Below, piece after piece: positions 29,076-38,667 of a DNA stretch of 64,000 nt; position 1 is the first letter of the stretch; every line of letters begins with the position of its first letter. Both the position numbers and the translations under genes were made by a program. The notes under the pieces were generated by a model that was not told where the DNA came from, ran no database searches, and worked only from the letters and a program-made list of their open reading frames with translations. This DNA comes from Nannocystis bainbridge (GTDB lineage Bacteria > Myxococcota_A > Polyangia > Nannocystales > Nannocystaceae), in the NCBI RefSeq assembly GCF_028368995.1, contig NZ_JAQNDL010000003.1, positions 2,912,001-2,976,000 of the forward strand, written 5' to 3'.

Positions 29076-30560
29076 TCAGGCCTGCTCTTCGTCGCGGTGC
29101 GGCAGCCACGACGGCCGGACCTGGGCCCACATCACCTGCGCCACCAGCCCCAGCTTGTTGCTCGCCAGCATCGCCGCCCCGGTCACCTGGCGCAGGCGGT
29201 CGCGGGCCGGCAGCGCCCGCGCGTGGCGGGGCACCAGGCTCGTCTCGAGCGCGTGGCGGGCCGTCTTGAGGTACTCCGTCAGGAACACCGAAGGCCGGCC
29301 CTCCGCGCACGAGAGCAGCGCCATCGACCGCACCCGCGACTCGTGGCTCGCCTCCCAGTAGTCGAACAGCGCCCGCTGGATCGCCCGCGCCCCGTCGTTG
29401 CCGCCGCGGAACACCTCGTAAATCGCGTCGGCCAGCGCCTGCCGCGTCGGCACGTAGCGGTCGTGGATCGCCCGGTAGCGGCGCACCGCCGCGTCGTCCA
29501 GCCACGCCTCGTGCAGCGACGCCCCGGCCCGCAGGCTCGCCTGCTCGCCGAGCACCTCCGCGTCGCGCAGGCCCATCGTCATCCCGCTGGCCGTGATCGG
29601 GTGCGAACAACCGGCCGCGTCGCCGACCAGCACCAGCCCTGGCGAGCTCGCGCGCGGGGCCGGCAGGTTGACCGTCGGCGCCATCTCGAACGGCCCCTTG
29701 TGCGTGCTGATCGCGTGGGCCAGCTGCTCGCCGAGCGCCGTCGGCAGATAGGGGATGAACGTCTCGAGCAGGAACTCCGCCAGCTTGGCGCCCTTGGCCG
29801 GCAGCTGCGCCGGCAGGTCGAGCGTCACCCGGTACGTCAGACCCTCCGCGTCGCGGTGGATCGGGTAGACCAGCACCGGCCCCCACGCGCCGAGCACGAT
29901 GTTGCCCCACGTCGCCGCCGACACCGCCGCGTCGCGCAGCTCGAGCCCCGCCGTGAAGCCGATCGTCTGCCGGTCGTCGGGCACGCCGGCGAGGCGCCGG
30001 ACCTGGCTCGCCTTGCCGTCGGCGCCGACCACCAGGTCGGCGCGCACCTCGACCTCTTCGCCGTCGGGCCCGCTGAGCACCGCCCCGAGCACGCGCTCGC
30101 CGAACCCGCGGACCAGCGACTTGATCGTCCAGCCCTCGTGCAGGTCGACCTGCGGCCGGCGCGTGATCACCTGCCGCATCACCTTGACCAGCGTCTTGTG
30201 GTGGACCGCGAGCCCCTGCGGCCGCTGCCCGGCCACGTCGGCGTACGGCAGCTCGACGTAGCGGCCCTCGGCCCGCTCGCGCACCGTGAAGCCATCGACG
30301 TCGACCGCGCCGGCCGCCTTGAGCGGGCCGTAGAAGCCGAGGTCCTCGAGCACCTGGGCCCCGCGCGGGTGGATGAACTCGCCGGCGAACCGCGGCGCCG
30401 AGCCCTTGTGGCGGTCGATCACCAGGATCTTGCGCCGCCGGCCCTTGTCGGCCAGCGCCAGCGCCTGGGCCACCGCGCAGCCGGCCATGCCCGCGCCGAT
30501 GATCACGACGTCGTAGCGCGCCCCCGGCCTCGCTCCCGCTTCGCTCTTGTCTGGCTGCAT
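29076..30560 (-). CDS. Squalene monooxygenase (epoxidase)-like FAD-dependent oxidoreductase
   Basis: DVVIIGAGMAG, RFAGEFIHPRG, VVGADG, GDAAGCSHPITASGMT parallel the squalene epoxidase motifs; adjacent to a triterpene cyclase-like gene; alternative start 30566. Confidence 0.8.
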   Translation of the reverse strand: MQPDKSEAGARPGARYDVVIIGAGMAGCAVAQALALADKGRRRKILVIDRHKGSAPRFAGEFIHPRGAQVLEDLGFYGPLKAAGAVDVDGFTVRERAEGRYVELPYADVAGQRPQGLAVHHKTLVKVMRQVITRRPQVDLHEGWTIKSLVRGFGERVLGAVLSGPDGEEVEVRADLVVGADGKASQVRRLAGVPDDRQTIGFTAGLELRDAAVSAATWGNIVLGAWGPVLVYPIHRDAEGLTYRVTLDLPAQLPAKGAKLAEFLLETFIPYLPTALGEQLAHAISTHKGPFEMAPTVNLPAPRASSPGLVLVGDAAGCSHPITASGMTMGLRDAEVLGEQASLRAGASLHEAWLDDAAVRRYRAIHDRYVPTRQALADAIYEVFRGGNDGARAIQRALFDYWEASHESRVRSMALLSCAEGRPSVFLTEYLKTARHALETSLVPRHARALPARDRLRQVTGAAMLASNKLGLVAQVMWAQVRPSWLPHRDEEQA

Positions 30561-30598
30561 GGTCATGTCCTTTTGCGCATGTCCTAAGGGTCAGATGA

Positions 30599-32518
30599 TC
30601 AGAGGTTGCCGCCGAGGGCCACGAACTGGTCGAGGGCCAGCGCCGCCTCGCGCACGCCGGCGGTCGGGTCGTGGCACACCGGCGACAGCCCGAAGCCCTC
30701 CGCCCACGCCCCGCCGAGGTCCTCCTTGTCGGCCTCGATCGCCTGCACCAGCTCGCGCACCGCCCGCTGCGTCTGCACGCACGCCGCCCCCTCGAGCGCC
30801 ATCAGGGCCTGGGCCGCCAGCGCCGTCAGCACCGGCGCGCCGAAGCTGCCGTCCTCGCGCTGGCGCCCGCGGAGCTGGCGCTCGACCGTCTGCCGCAGCG
30901 GGTGCGTCGGCGGGCACAGGGCCGCCGCGCACAGGCCGACCTCGGCCAGCGTCGCCACGTCGATGTAGTCGGAGGCCCGCGAGGACACGTCGGCTGTCCG
31001 CGAGGACAGGTCCATCGTCACCCGCCGCCACAGGAACTCGAGCCCGCGGGCGACCCGGTCGTCGTCGGCCTGGAACCCGAGCCGGGCCAGCTGGCGCAGC
31101 GCCGCCGCCGTCACGCGCACGCGCGTCGGCCCGTGCGGATCACCGGCCGACAGCAGCGCCACGTCGCGGATCGGGAACCGGGCCATGAACACGTCGGACT
31201 CGCCGCGCTCGAACCGGCAGAACCCGCCGTCGAGCTCCTGCATCGCCATCAGCACCTCGACCGCGCGCCGGGCCGCCGCGCGGATCCGCGTCTGCAGCGG
31301 CGACGACTTCGGCACCGCCGCCAGCGCCTCGAGCACCGCGCAGGTCGACAGCGTGTCGACGTAGCGGTCGGCCCCGGGCTCGTACGGCCAGCCGCCGGCC
31401 GGCGCGTTGACCCGCAGCTGCCACTCGCCGGGCGCCGTGATCTCCTGGTCCAAGAGCCAGGTCAGCATCGCCTCCGCGTCGGCGTCGCCGGCGGCCAGCG
31501 CCACCCGCACCAGCCGCGCCGTCGTCACCAGCGGCTCGCTCACCTGCCCCTGGGTCAGGTGGACCGTCTCCCCGCTGGCCCCGCCGGCGAAACGGGTGCG
31601 CCCCCGCGCGCGCCGGAGGTAGTCGAGGCCCTCGCGGATCCGCGGATCGTCGAAGCTGGCCCCGAGCACTCGCAGCGCCATCAGGCTCATGAGCGTCGGC
31701 TGGGCCGAGAACCACCCGCCGTGGCGCTGCTGCGCGTCGACCAGCCAGCGCTGCACCCGGGCCAGCGCCGTCGTCAGCACCGGCCCGCGCGGCAGCTTGC
31801 GGATCACCTTGACCGCCTGGTCGAAGGTCTGCAGCAGATCTCCCGCCAGCCCCGGCTGCGTCAGTCGCGGCAGGATCGGCTCGCCGTCGGGCCGCGTGAG
31901 CAGCAGCGCCCGCGGGTCCGGCAGGTGCACCCGCGCCGGCGCGCGCGAAAGCAGCAGGTACGGCGTCATCACCCCGCGGCCCCACGGGGACACCCGGCTC
32001 GGCGACAGGATCGTCCACGCCGGCAGCAGCCACAATTCGGCCGGGAACGTCGGCACCCAGCTCCACGGGATCGCGTCGGCCATCGCCAGCCACATGCGCA
32101 CCGCCGCGTTGGCGCGCTGGGCCCCGCCGAGCTCGTGGACCACCCGGCGCGCCCGCACCAGGTGCTCGGCCGAGGGGTCGTCGCCCGCCTCGACCAGCGC
32201 CCACCAGCCGAACACGGTCAGCGACAGGTCGGGCCCCCCGCCCGGCAGGTGCCAGGCGCCCGAGGGCTGCTGGTCGGCGCGGATCCACCGGGCCAGGCCG
32301 GCGGCTTCCTCGGGCGAGAGGTCGTGGAACAGGCGATCGGCCAGCAACACCTCGCACGCGAGGCTGATGTCGGGCACACCCAGGGACCAGTGCAGCTCGC
32401 TCCCGGCGCGCCCGCTCACCGCCGCCCGCTGCCGCCAAACGGCTGCGCGTGCGAAGACTCGGGCTTGCGCCACTGCCAGCCGCTCGTGGAGCGTCGATTT
32501 CGCCGCCGGAGCCGTCAT
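30599..32518 (-). CDS. Squalene-hopene cyclase-like protein lacking DxDD
   Basis: QW repeats (QQPSGAW, QQRHGGW, QELDGGF, QREDGSF), RMWLA...W..VP.P.E; DxDDTA position reads DTLSTC. Confidence 0.82.
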   Translation of the reverse strand: MTAPAAKSTLHERLAVAQARVFARAAVWRQRAAVSGRAGSELHWSLGVPDISLACEVLLADRLFHDLSPEEAAGLARWIRADQQPSGAWHLPGGGPDLSLTVFGWWALVEAGDDPSAEHLVRARRVVHELGGAQRANAAVRMWLAMADAIPWSWVPTFPAELWLLPAWTILSPSRVSPWGRGVMTPYLLLSRAPARVHLPDPRALLLTRPDGEPILPRLTQPGLAGDLLQTFDQAVKVIRKLPRGPVLTTALARVQRWLVDAQQRHGGWFSAQPTLMSLMALRVLGASFDDPRIREGLDYLRRARGRTRFAGGASGETVHLTQGQVSEPLVTTARLVRVALAAGDADAEAMLTWLLDQEITAPGEWQLRVNAPAGGWPYEPGADRYVDTLSTCAVLEALAAVPKSSPLQTRIRAAARRAVEVLMAMQELDGGFCRFERGESDVFMARFPIRDVALLSAGDPHGPTRVRVTAAALRQLARLGFQADDDRVARGLEFLWRRVTMDLSSRTADVSSRASDYIDVATLAEVGLCAAALCPPTHPLRQTVERQLRGRQREDGSFGAPVLTALAAQALMALEGAACVQTQRAVRELVQAIEADKEDLGGAWAEGFGLSPVCHDPTAGVREAALALDQFVALGGNL

Positions 32519-32701
32519 GAGGCGGCGCCGACGCTAGCACGCGGGCCCCAGCCACCTGGTGATGCCCGTCACAGGCAAACCGCCGCGCCGACGCCATCCA
32601 CGCGCCTGCGCAGCCGGCGCCAAGCTCGTTTGCAGCCCGTCCGCGCGGCCCGCGGCGAACCTGCTTGCGACCCGGCGCTCGGGTTTGCAACACTGGCGGC
32701 G

Positions 32702-33334
32702 ATGTCCCGCCTCTCGCTCACCGCCGTTCTCGGCCTCTGCACCACCAGCGCTCTCTTCCTGTCCGCCTGCAAGGAGGAAGCAGCGGAGGAGTTCGGCTTC
32801 ACCTGCGTGGAGCTGATCCAGGCCCAGAACCAGGAGGAGAACCCCTTCCTCGGCACCGCCCAGATCAAGGTCACCCTCAAGTACGAGCAGTGCCTGATCG
32901 ACTACTACACCAAGACCAACACCGACCAGGCGATGAACGGCAAGGACGGCGAGGCCGTGTTCGGCGAGTGGGCCGATCGCCTGTGCAGCGAGAGCGTGTC
33001 CGACTCGCTGGTCGCCTGCGAGGTCGAGAGCTTCGCGCAGACGCTGCAGCCGTCCGAGAACAACCCGATCTTCCAGATGACGGTGACCTACCGCGTCACC
33101 GACCCGAGCAAGGTCAACAGCCGCACGCTGCTGTGGGGCCCCGGCCCGGTCCAGGCCTACGCCGACTGCTCCGGCGCCCTCAAGCCGTTCGTCAAGCTGA
33201 CCTTGCCCTCCGACGTCATCGGCATCGACAAGGACGGCAAGACCATCTGGAACGCCCAGTCGTGGAGCAACCCCCGCGGCATCATGCAGCGCAACACCGC
33301 CGGCTGCATCCAGGCCTCGATCGCCCGCCAGTGA
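32702..33334 (+). CDS. Hypothetical lipoprotein
   Basis: FLSAC lipobox; strong codon bias. Confidence 0.85.
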   Translation: MSRLSLTAVLGLCTTSALFLSACKEEAAEEFGFTCVELIQAQNQEENPFLGTAQIKVTLKYEQCLIDYYTKTNTDQAMNGKDGEAVFGEWADRLCSESVSDSLVACEVESFAQTLQPSENNPIFQMTVTYRVTDPSKVNSRTLLWGPGPVQAYADCSGALKPFVKLTLPSDVIGIDKDGKTIWNAQSWSNPRGIMQRNTAGCIQASIARQ

Positions 33335-33344
33335 GCCGCCGGCC

Positions 33345-34337
33345 ATGACGCTCCGGCGCGTGGCCCTCACGGCCGCCCTGGCGTGCAACCCTCCGGCGAG
33401 CAGCGACCCGGCCCCCGTGGCCCCGGTCGAAGCCGCCCCGCCGGAGCCCACCTGCGAGGAACCCCCGCCCGGCACTCTCGCCTGGCTCGCCGAGCTCGCG
33501 GCCCCGGCCGCCGAAGCCCGGCGAGCCGTCGCGCCGCCTCGCGCCCCGACGCCCGACGATCCGCGCCCCGACGTCCCGCCGGGAAGCAGCGAGTCGACTG
33601 CGCGAAGCAGCGAGTCGACAACGCGAAGCGCCGAGTCCACTGCGCGCAGCGCCGAGTCCACTGCGCGAAGCAGCGAGCCCCGCAACGATTCCCCGACCCG
33701 CAATGATTCGCCGGCCCGCGGATCATCCCCCGGCCGCAACCCCGGTGAGCCCACGGTCGGCGAGCCGCCTGCCCGATCGGTCATGCCCGATCGGACATGT
33801 CCCTGGGTACTTTTTAAAACCGACGAGGGCCCGCTCGCCGTGCGCCCGCTCGGCCGCGGCGAGGCTGCCCCGCCGCACGTGCGCGCCCCCGTGCCCGTCG
33901 TCCCGCCGGCAGCTTGCCGCCCGTGTCGCTGGTCCGGCGTCGTCACCCCGGTCGGCCCGATCCTCCTCGCCGTGCGCCCCTCCGCCGACAGCGAGCTCGC
34001 CGCCGAGGCGTGGATCGGCGCCGGCATGCCGCCCTCGCCGCGCGTCGATGTCGAGCCCGCCCCTCTCGTGTTCGCCCCGCTGTGGTTCGGCCAACCTGGC
34101 TTTGGGGACAGCACCCTCCAGGGTCCCGCGTGGGCCCTCGCCCCGCGCCTGTGCGGCCGCGAGCTGGTCCTGCTGCCCACCCCGCGCCTCCCCGGCGCCG
34201 GCGCCGAGGAGCCCCCGCCCGCCCTCGTCCGCGCCGCTGGCGTCTACGCCGCCGCCGGCAGCGAGCTCCTGCGCCAGGACGTACCTATCCCTTCGGACAT
34301 GTCCAATTGCACAGCCATCCCGCTCGAGCTGCCCTGA
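33345..34337 (+). CDS. Hypothetical lipoprotein with heptapeptide repeat linker
   Basis: ALAC lipobox; (S/A)ESTARS repeats. Confidence 0.7.
   Translation: MTLRRVALTAALACNPPASSDPAPVAPVEAAPPEPTCEEPPPGTLAWLAELAAPAAEARRAVAPPRAPTPDDPRPDVPPGSSESTARSSESTTRSAESTARSAESTARSSEPRNDSPTRNDSPARGSSPGRNPGEPTVGEPPARSVMPDRTCPWVLFKTDEGPLAVRPLGRGEAAPPHVRAPVPVVPPAACRPCRWSGVVTPVGPILLAVRPSADSELAAEAWIGAGMPPSPRVDVEPAPLVFAPLWFGQPGFGDSTLQGPAWALAPRLCGRELVLLPTPRLPGAGAEEPPPALVRAAGVYAAAGSELLRQDVPIPSDMSNCTAIPLELP
33583..33720 (+). repeat. In-frame 21-bp and 18-bp VNTR
   Basis: SSESTAR-type unit about 4.5 times, then RNDSP twice. Confidence 0.8.
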
Positions 34338-34448
34338 GCCGCGTCTGACCGGGCGAACCAGCACCCTGCGACCGCGATCTCGTTCGTGGCGCCGGACCCG
34401 ACGACATCGCCGAGTCGGCCGATGAGCGAGGCCGTTCCCGCGCGGAGT

Positions 34449-34466
34449 TGTTTCCGCGCGGAAACA
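34449..34466. promoter_or_regulatory. Perfect 18-bp palindrome, candidate operator
   Basis: TGTTTCCGCGCGGAAACA with an imperfect copy just upstream; about 300 bp before the toxin-like gene. Confidence 0.4.
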
Positions 34467-34764
34467 GTGCCCTCGGCGCCAATAAACACTCGGGTACGCG
34501 TTCATTCGATCGCCGCAATCGATTCGTCGCTCGCGCGAGAATCGAGCCCCGATCGGCACAGGCTGGGCTCGAATCCAGATCGCTCGTCCGATGACTCCTG
34601 GGCGGGTTTCGTTCGGGAGGCCCGCACGAGGTCCTCGACGTGCTCGACGCCGCAGTCGACACCTCCGCCCGGGTATGTCCATACGCTGCTACCCCTGCGT
34701 CCGAATTTTGACAGATGTCGGCGCCTCTCCGTAAGTTGTCATCCAATACCCTCGAGGCTCAGCC

Positions 34765-36471
34765 ATGCTCGAAATCGTATCTTTCGATCCGCCGATGAGG
34801 GTTCAATTCACGGCGGTATCGGGCCCTCTCCAGGCGTTCGCCGCCCAGTACCTGAGCCCGCAGCACCGGCTCGCGCTTCGACGCATTGTCGAATCCAGCG
34901 AGGTCATCACCGTCACCTCCGATGACTTCTTGCGCCTGATCGAGCTCGTCACCTACCCGTCCATCCCACGCAGGATGGACTTTCCTCTCGACGAGCGCGG
35001 AAACAATCGCGCGCTGACGATCATCGAGACGAACCTGTCGCTCAACCCCTTCTTCACCGAGGCGTACGCGCTCGACGAATTGGACAAGGTCGTCGCCTAC
35101 GCGCTCAAGGCCGGGATCTTGGAGCCGAGTTTTCTGTCTCTGAAGCTCACTTTCCACGACGTCCCGGGGAGATCCACGAGTGGCTGGACCAACGCGCGGA
35201 GCTTCATCGGGGACGAGCTTTATCCGCGGCTCGCCAAGAAATACTACAAGAGCGACCGATTGCTCGCCAAGGTCTATACACGCTCTGTCGAGGCCCCCCA
35301 GCACTACCTCCATTACCGCAGGAGGTTCCTCGAGCCCAGCGGTTCGAACGAGCCGACCCGCCGCGGGCGGCGGGAGATCACCCCGCTCGTCGTGCCGTCC
35401 ATGAACCAGTTCGGGATCCTGTCGCCGAGCACGGAGCTGGCGCGCGGCTCTCCCGACTTCACCGTCCCCACGGGCCTCGTACGGCGCATGCCTGGCAAGC
35501 TGATGTTCCTCCCGCCGTCCGAGGACGACGAGGGGCTGCAGAACTGGGCCGAGCGGAAGCGCCGCAAGTTCGGCTTCCCCTTCGTCGCCGGGCCGTCGGG
35601 CAGCATGGCTTACGACCTTGCGGTCTATCACTACTACCTCGAGCACGCCCGGGGCCTGCGCGTGAGCGACAGCGAATTCAGCGACAAGATGCTGAGGTTC
35701 GGGGTCTCCCGCGCGATCGCGTACGTCAAATACGGGCACCATAGCTTCTACGAGTCGCTCGTCCCGCTCATGGATCTGATCGGAGGCGCCGCGTTCACGG
35801 ACCCCGATGCGCTCTATCGATTCATCGTTCCCTACGTCGAGATGGGCCAGCGAAGCGGCAGGACCTACAGCCGCAGCCTCGTGCGATTGAAGGTCGCGCC
35901 GCACGTGGTGCACTGGGACTCCTATCTCTACGACTGGTACGACTGGCGCAGCTACAAGCCGGGCAACTACAAGCCGTGGACGATCACGAAGGGGCCGCTC
36001 GGGCTGAATGGAGGGGCGATCGCGCCGGGACGGTACATCTACGTCGTCCTCGCCACGGACCGCACCGTCCGCTACCTGCCGACAGAAGCCCATACCCACG
36101 AGCAGTACCGGTCGCACTCGCAGCTCGCCGGCGGGCTCAGTGTGTACGCCGCGGGCTATTTCGAGGTGGGCCTGGGCGACAAGCTCGTCGAGATCGACAA
36201 CAGCTCCGGACACTACAAGCCCGATGCGGCCACGATCCCTTATGCGGTCATGCTCATGGAGAAGCTGGGCTTCGACATCGAGGGCGTCAACGTGAGGGCT
36301 CACGTGATGAACGCCGCCGATATCAAGCTCTTCGCCTGGGCGCTCCAGCAGGCGAAGACGACCTTTCGCATCTCGATCGGCTGGGTCAAGTACGTCACGA
36401 GATTGAACAAGGGCCGCACGAGAAGCTTTCCGACACCGCCGTCGAATCTCCTCCAGTACATGCCGTACTGA
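34765..36471 (+). CDS. Putative two-domain toxin/effector (S-HxxxE domain + SGHY ART-like domain)
   Basis: PFVAGPSG...GHHSFYE and YIYVV...HSQLAGG..VYAAG...IDNSSGHYKP; more A/T than neighbours; ORF is solid, function is inferred. Confidence 0.6.
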   Translation: MLEIVSFDPPMRVQFTAVSGPLQAFAAQYLSPQHRLALRRIVESSEVITVTSDDFLRLIELVTYPSIPRRMDFPLDERGNNRALTIIETNLSLNPFFTEAYALDELDKVVAYALKAGILEPSFLSLKLTFHDVPGRSTSGWTNARSFIGDELYPRLAKKYYKSDRLLAKVYTRSVEAPQHYLHYRRRFLEPSGSNEPTRRGRREITPLVVPSMNQFGILSPSTELARGSPDFTVPTGLVRRMPGKLMFLPPSEDDEGLQNWAERKRRKFGFPFVAGPSGSMAYDLAVYHYYLEHARGLRVSDSEFSDKMLRFGVSRAIAYVKYGHHSFYESLVPLMDLIGGAAFTDPDALYRFIVPYVEMGQRSGRTYSRSLVRLKVAPHVVHWDSYLYDWYDWRSYKPGNYKPWTITKGPLGLNGGAIAPGRYIYVVLATDRTVRYLPTEAHTHEQYRSHSQLAGGLSVYAAGYFEVGLGDKLVEIDNSSGHYKPDAATIPYAVMLMEKLGFDIEGVNVRAHVMNAADIKLFAWALQQAKTTFRISIGWVKYVTRLNKGRTRSFPTPPSNLLQYMPY

Positions 36472-36665
36472 CGCGAAAGCCGTGGCGACCGCCTGGCAAA
36501 GCGCCCGAGTTCTGGCGTCTACAGGCGACGCTCCGCGAAGCGCCCCCCCTCGAACTTCGGACCTCAAGACCCCCACGCCCCACAAACGCCGTAAACCCGA
36601 TCGCACATGCCCCTGAGGACAGATCGCGCCCCGCCACTCTCGAGGAGCCCGCGTATACTCCGAGC

Positions 36666-37634
36666 ATGAAGTATCGCTTGCACTTGTGTTTCGCGCTCTC
36701 GCTCGCCTGCAGCCCCAAGTCCGCCGAAGAATCCACCGACACCCAGAGCACCACCGGCGGCACCATCGGCACCAGCGGCGACGGCCCCGTCACCATGGGT
36801 CACAGCCAGACCTCTGCCAACCCCAGCGAGCCCGTCACCACCAGCCTCGGTCAGACCGTCACCACCTTCCCGACCACCGAGGCCACCACCGTCTCCCCGA
36901 CCACCGAGGGCAGCGCCACCGACGGCGATCCCAGCGACACCTTCCCGACCTCTGCCACCACTGACGTCATCTCGACCTCCTCCACCCCCGACTTCACCAC
37001 CACCGGCTCCCCCTGCATCGACCCGCTCGACCAGCCACAGAGCGCACCCTGCAACGACGCCAGCGGCTGCGGCTGTCAGACCGGCCGGTGCTTCGTCGTC
37101 CCCGCTCTCGGCGGCTTCTGCGGCGAGTGCCTCGTCGACGCCGACTGCCCCGAGGGCGGCTGCACCGTGCCCAACCCTGTCGTCGGCGTCGGCGCCCTTT
37201 GCAACACGGGCAAGGCCGGCGACGGCTGCCAGAGCGACACCGTCTGCTTCGACGCCCCCGCCAACGACTGCGGCGTCGTCCTCGAGGTCCCCGGCATCAT
37301 CAAGGTCGCCACCTGCGGCGAGTGCGAGGCCGACGTCGACTGCCCGGCCCAGGCCCCTCACTGCACCCCGGACTACGACATCGCCGGCTTCACCGGCCAG
37401 AAGAAATGCAAGGCCCCCGACTCGGTCCCCCTCGACAGCGGCTGCGACCACGACGGCTCGGGCGACCTCGCCTGCGCCTCCGGCTTCTGCGGCGAGGCCA
37501 CGATCATGAACCTCCTCTTCCTCGGCATCTGCGGCCAGTGCAACAGCGACGCCGACTGCCCCATCGGCCAGCAGTGCAGCGAGCCCGCCGTCGACCTCGA
37601 CATGGGCCTGCTGTTCGGCTCGGTGTGCCTGTGA
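36666..37634 (+). CDS. Thr-rich, Cys-rich myxobacterial lipoprotein
   Basis: LSLAC lipobox, Thr-rich stalk, CGEC..DADC repeats. Confidence 0.85.
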   Translation: MKYRLHLCFALSLACSPKSAEESTDTQSTTGGTIGTSGDGPVTMGHSQTSANPSEPVTTSLGQTVTTFPTTEATTVSPTTEGSATDGDPSDTFPTSATTDVISTSSTPDFTTTGSPCIDPLDQPQSAPCNDASGCGCQTGRCFVVPALGGFCGECLVDADCPEGGCTVPNPVVGVGALCNTGKAGDGCQSDTVCFDAPANDCGVVLEVPGIIKVATCGECEADVDCPAQAPHCTPDYDIAGFTGQKKCKAPDSVPLDSGCDHDGSGDLACASGFCGEATIMNLLFLGICGQCNSDADCPIGQQCSEPAVDLDMGLLFGSVCL

Positions 37635-37680
37635 GCCTCGCGCGAGCGCGCCCCTCGCCGACCCGCGCTATCCTGCAGGC

Positions 37681-38625
37681 ATGACCCGCGACGACCCCGA
37701 AACGCCGTCCTCGACCGGACCCAGCGCTCGGCGCCCGCTCGAGCCCTCGCCCGCCGGCGACGACCTCGGCGCCCTGTCCCAGCAGCGGCCGCTCGCGGCC
37801 CCGCCAGCCCGTGGCGGCCCCGCCGCCACGCTCGACGAGCAGCGGCTCGCCCCTTCGCCTCCCGGTGACGTCGGCCCCCTCGCCACCCCGCCCATCACCG
37901 ACGACATCCGCGTCGCCCTCGAAGAGCAGCGCCCGCCCGACAAACAGGACCTCCTCGCCACCCCTCCCATCACCGACAACATCGCCGCCACCCTCGCCGA
38001 GCAGCGCCCTCCCGAGGAGAAGGACCTCCTCGCCACCCCGCCCATCCGCGACGACATCGCCGCCGTGCTCGAAGAGCAGCGCCCGCTCGACGCCTCGCCC
38101 GGCGGCGACCTCGGCGCCCCGCCCGTCGCCGAGACATGGCGTCCGCTCACCACCCCGCCTCCCAGCGAGCGGGACAACGAGCTCATGCGCGACCCGCCGC
38201 CTGGCGAGCACCACCTCGGCCGCTTCGCCGGCTACGGCGCCGCCAACCGCGTCCGCCGCATCCTGATCGCCTGCCTCTCCGTCCTCGTCGTCGCCACCGT
38301 GTTCGTCTGGTACGGCTGGGCTCGCCAGCGCCCCGAGCCCACGACGACCCTGCGCCAGTTCGAGCTCCCGGCCGGCACCGACACCTCCGACCGCCCGCGC
38401 GTGCTCGCCTGGTCGCAGGGCAAGGCGCGCCTCGGCCTCACCCGCGCGCCCCCCGGCGTCGACACCATCGAGCTGCCCGACCGCACCCTCAAGCTCAAGG
38501 ACGGCTCCGACATGGCCCAGTTCAAGGTCGTCGTCGAGGACGGCAAGACCACCGCGCTGGATCTGGTCTCCGGCGAGATCGTGGAGATCCTTCACCCCGG
38601 CGCGACCCCGCTGCTGCAGCCATGA
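37681..38625 (+). CDS. Hypothetical single-pass membrane protein with internal repeats
   Basis: Three to four ~23-aa LATPPI.DDI...LEEQRP repeats, then a TM helix and a small domain. Confidence 0.75.
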   Translation: MTRDDPETPSSTGPSARRPLEPSPAGDDLGALSQQRPLAAPPARGGPAATLDEQRLAPSPPGDVGPLATPPITDDIRVALEEQRPPDKQDLLATPPITDNIAATLAEQRPPEEKDLLATPPIRDDIAAVLEEQRPLDASPGGDLGAPPVAETWRPLTTPPPSERDNELMRDPPPGEHHLGRFAGYGAANRVRRILIACLSVLVVATVFVWYGWARQRPEPTTTLRQFELPAGTDTSDRPRVLAWSQGKARLGLTRAPPGVDTIELPDRTLKLKDGSDMAQFKVVVEDGKTTALDLVSGEIVEILHPGATPLLQP

Positions 38626-38664
38626 CCTCGAGGACATGTCCCTCGAGGCGTGTCCCTGAGAACA
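38623..38664. repeat. Array of 3 tiled 14-bp palindromes at a convergent junction
   Basis: TGACCTCGAGGACA, TGTCCCTCGAGGCG, TGTCCCTGAGAACA. Confidence 0.8.
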
Positions 38665-38667
38665 TCC

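Noticed and set aside
34449-34466. parS site
   Set aside because: TGTTTC-N6-GAAACA is 18 bp with a CGCGCG centre; parS is 16 bp with a CACGTG core.
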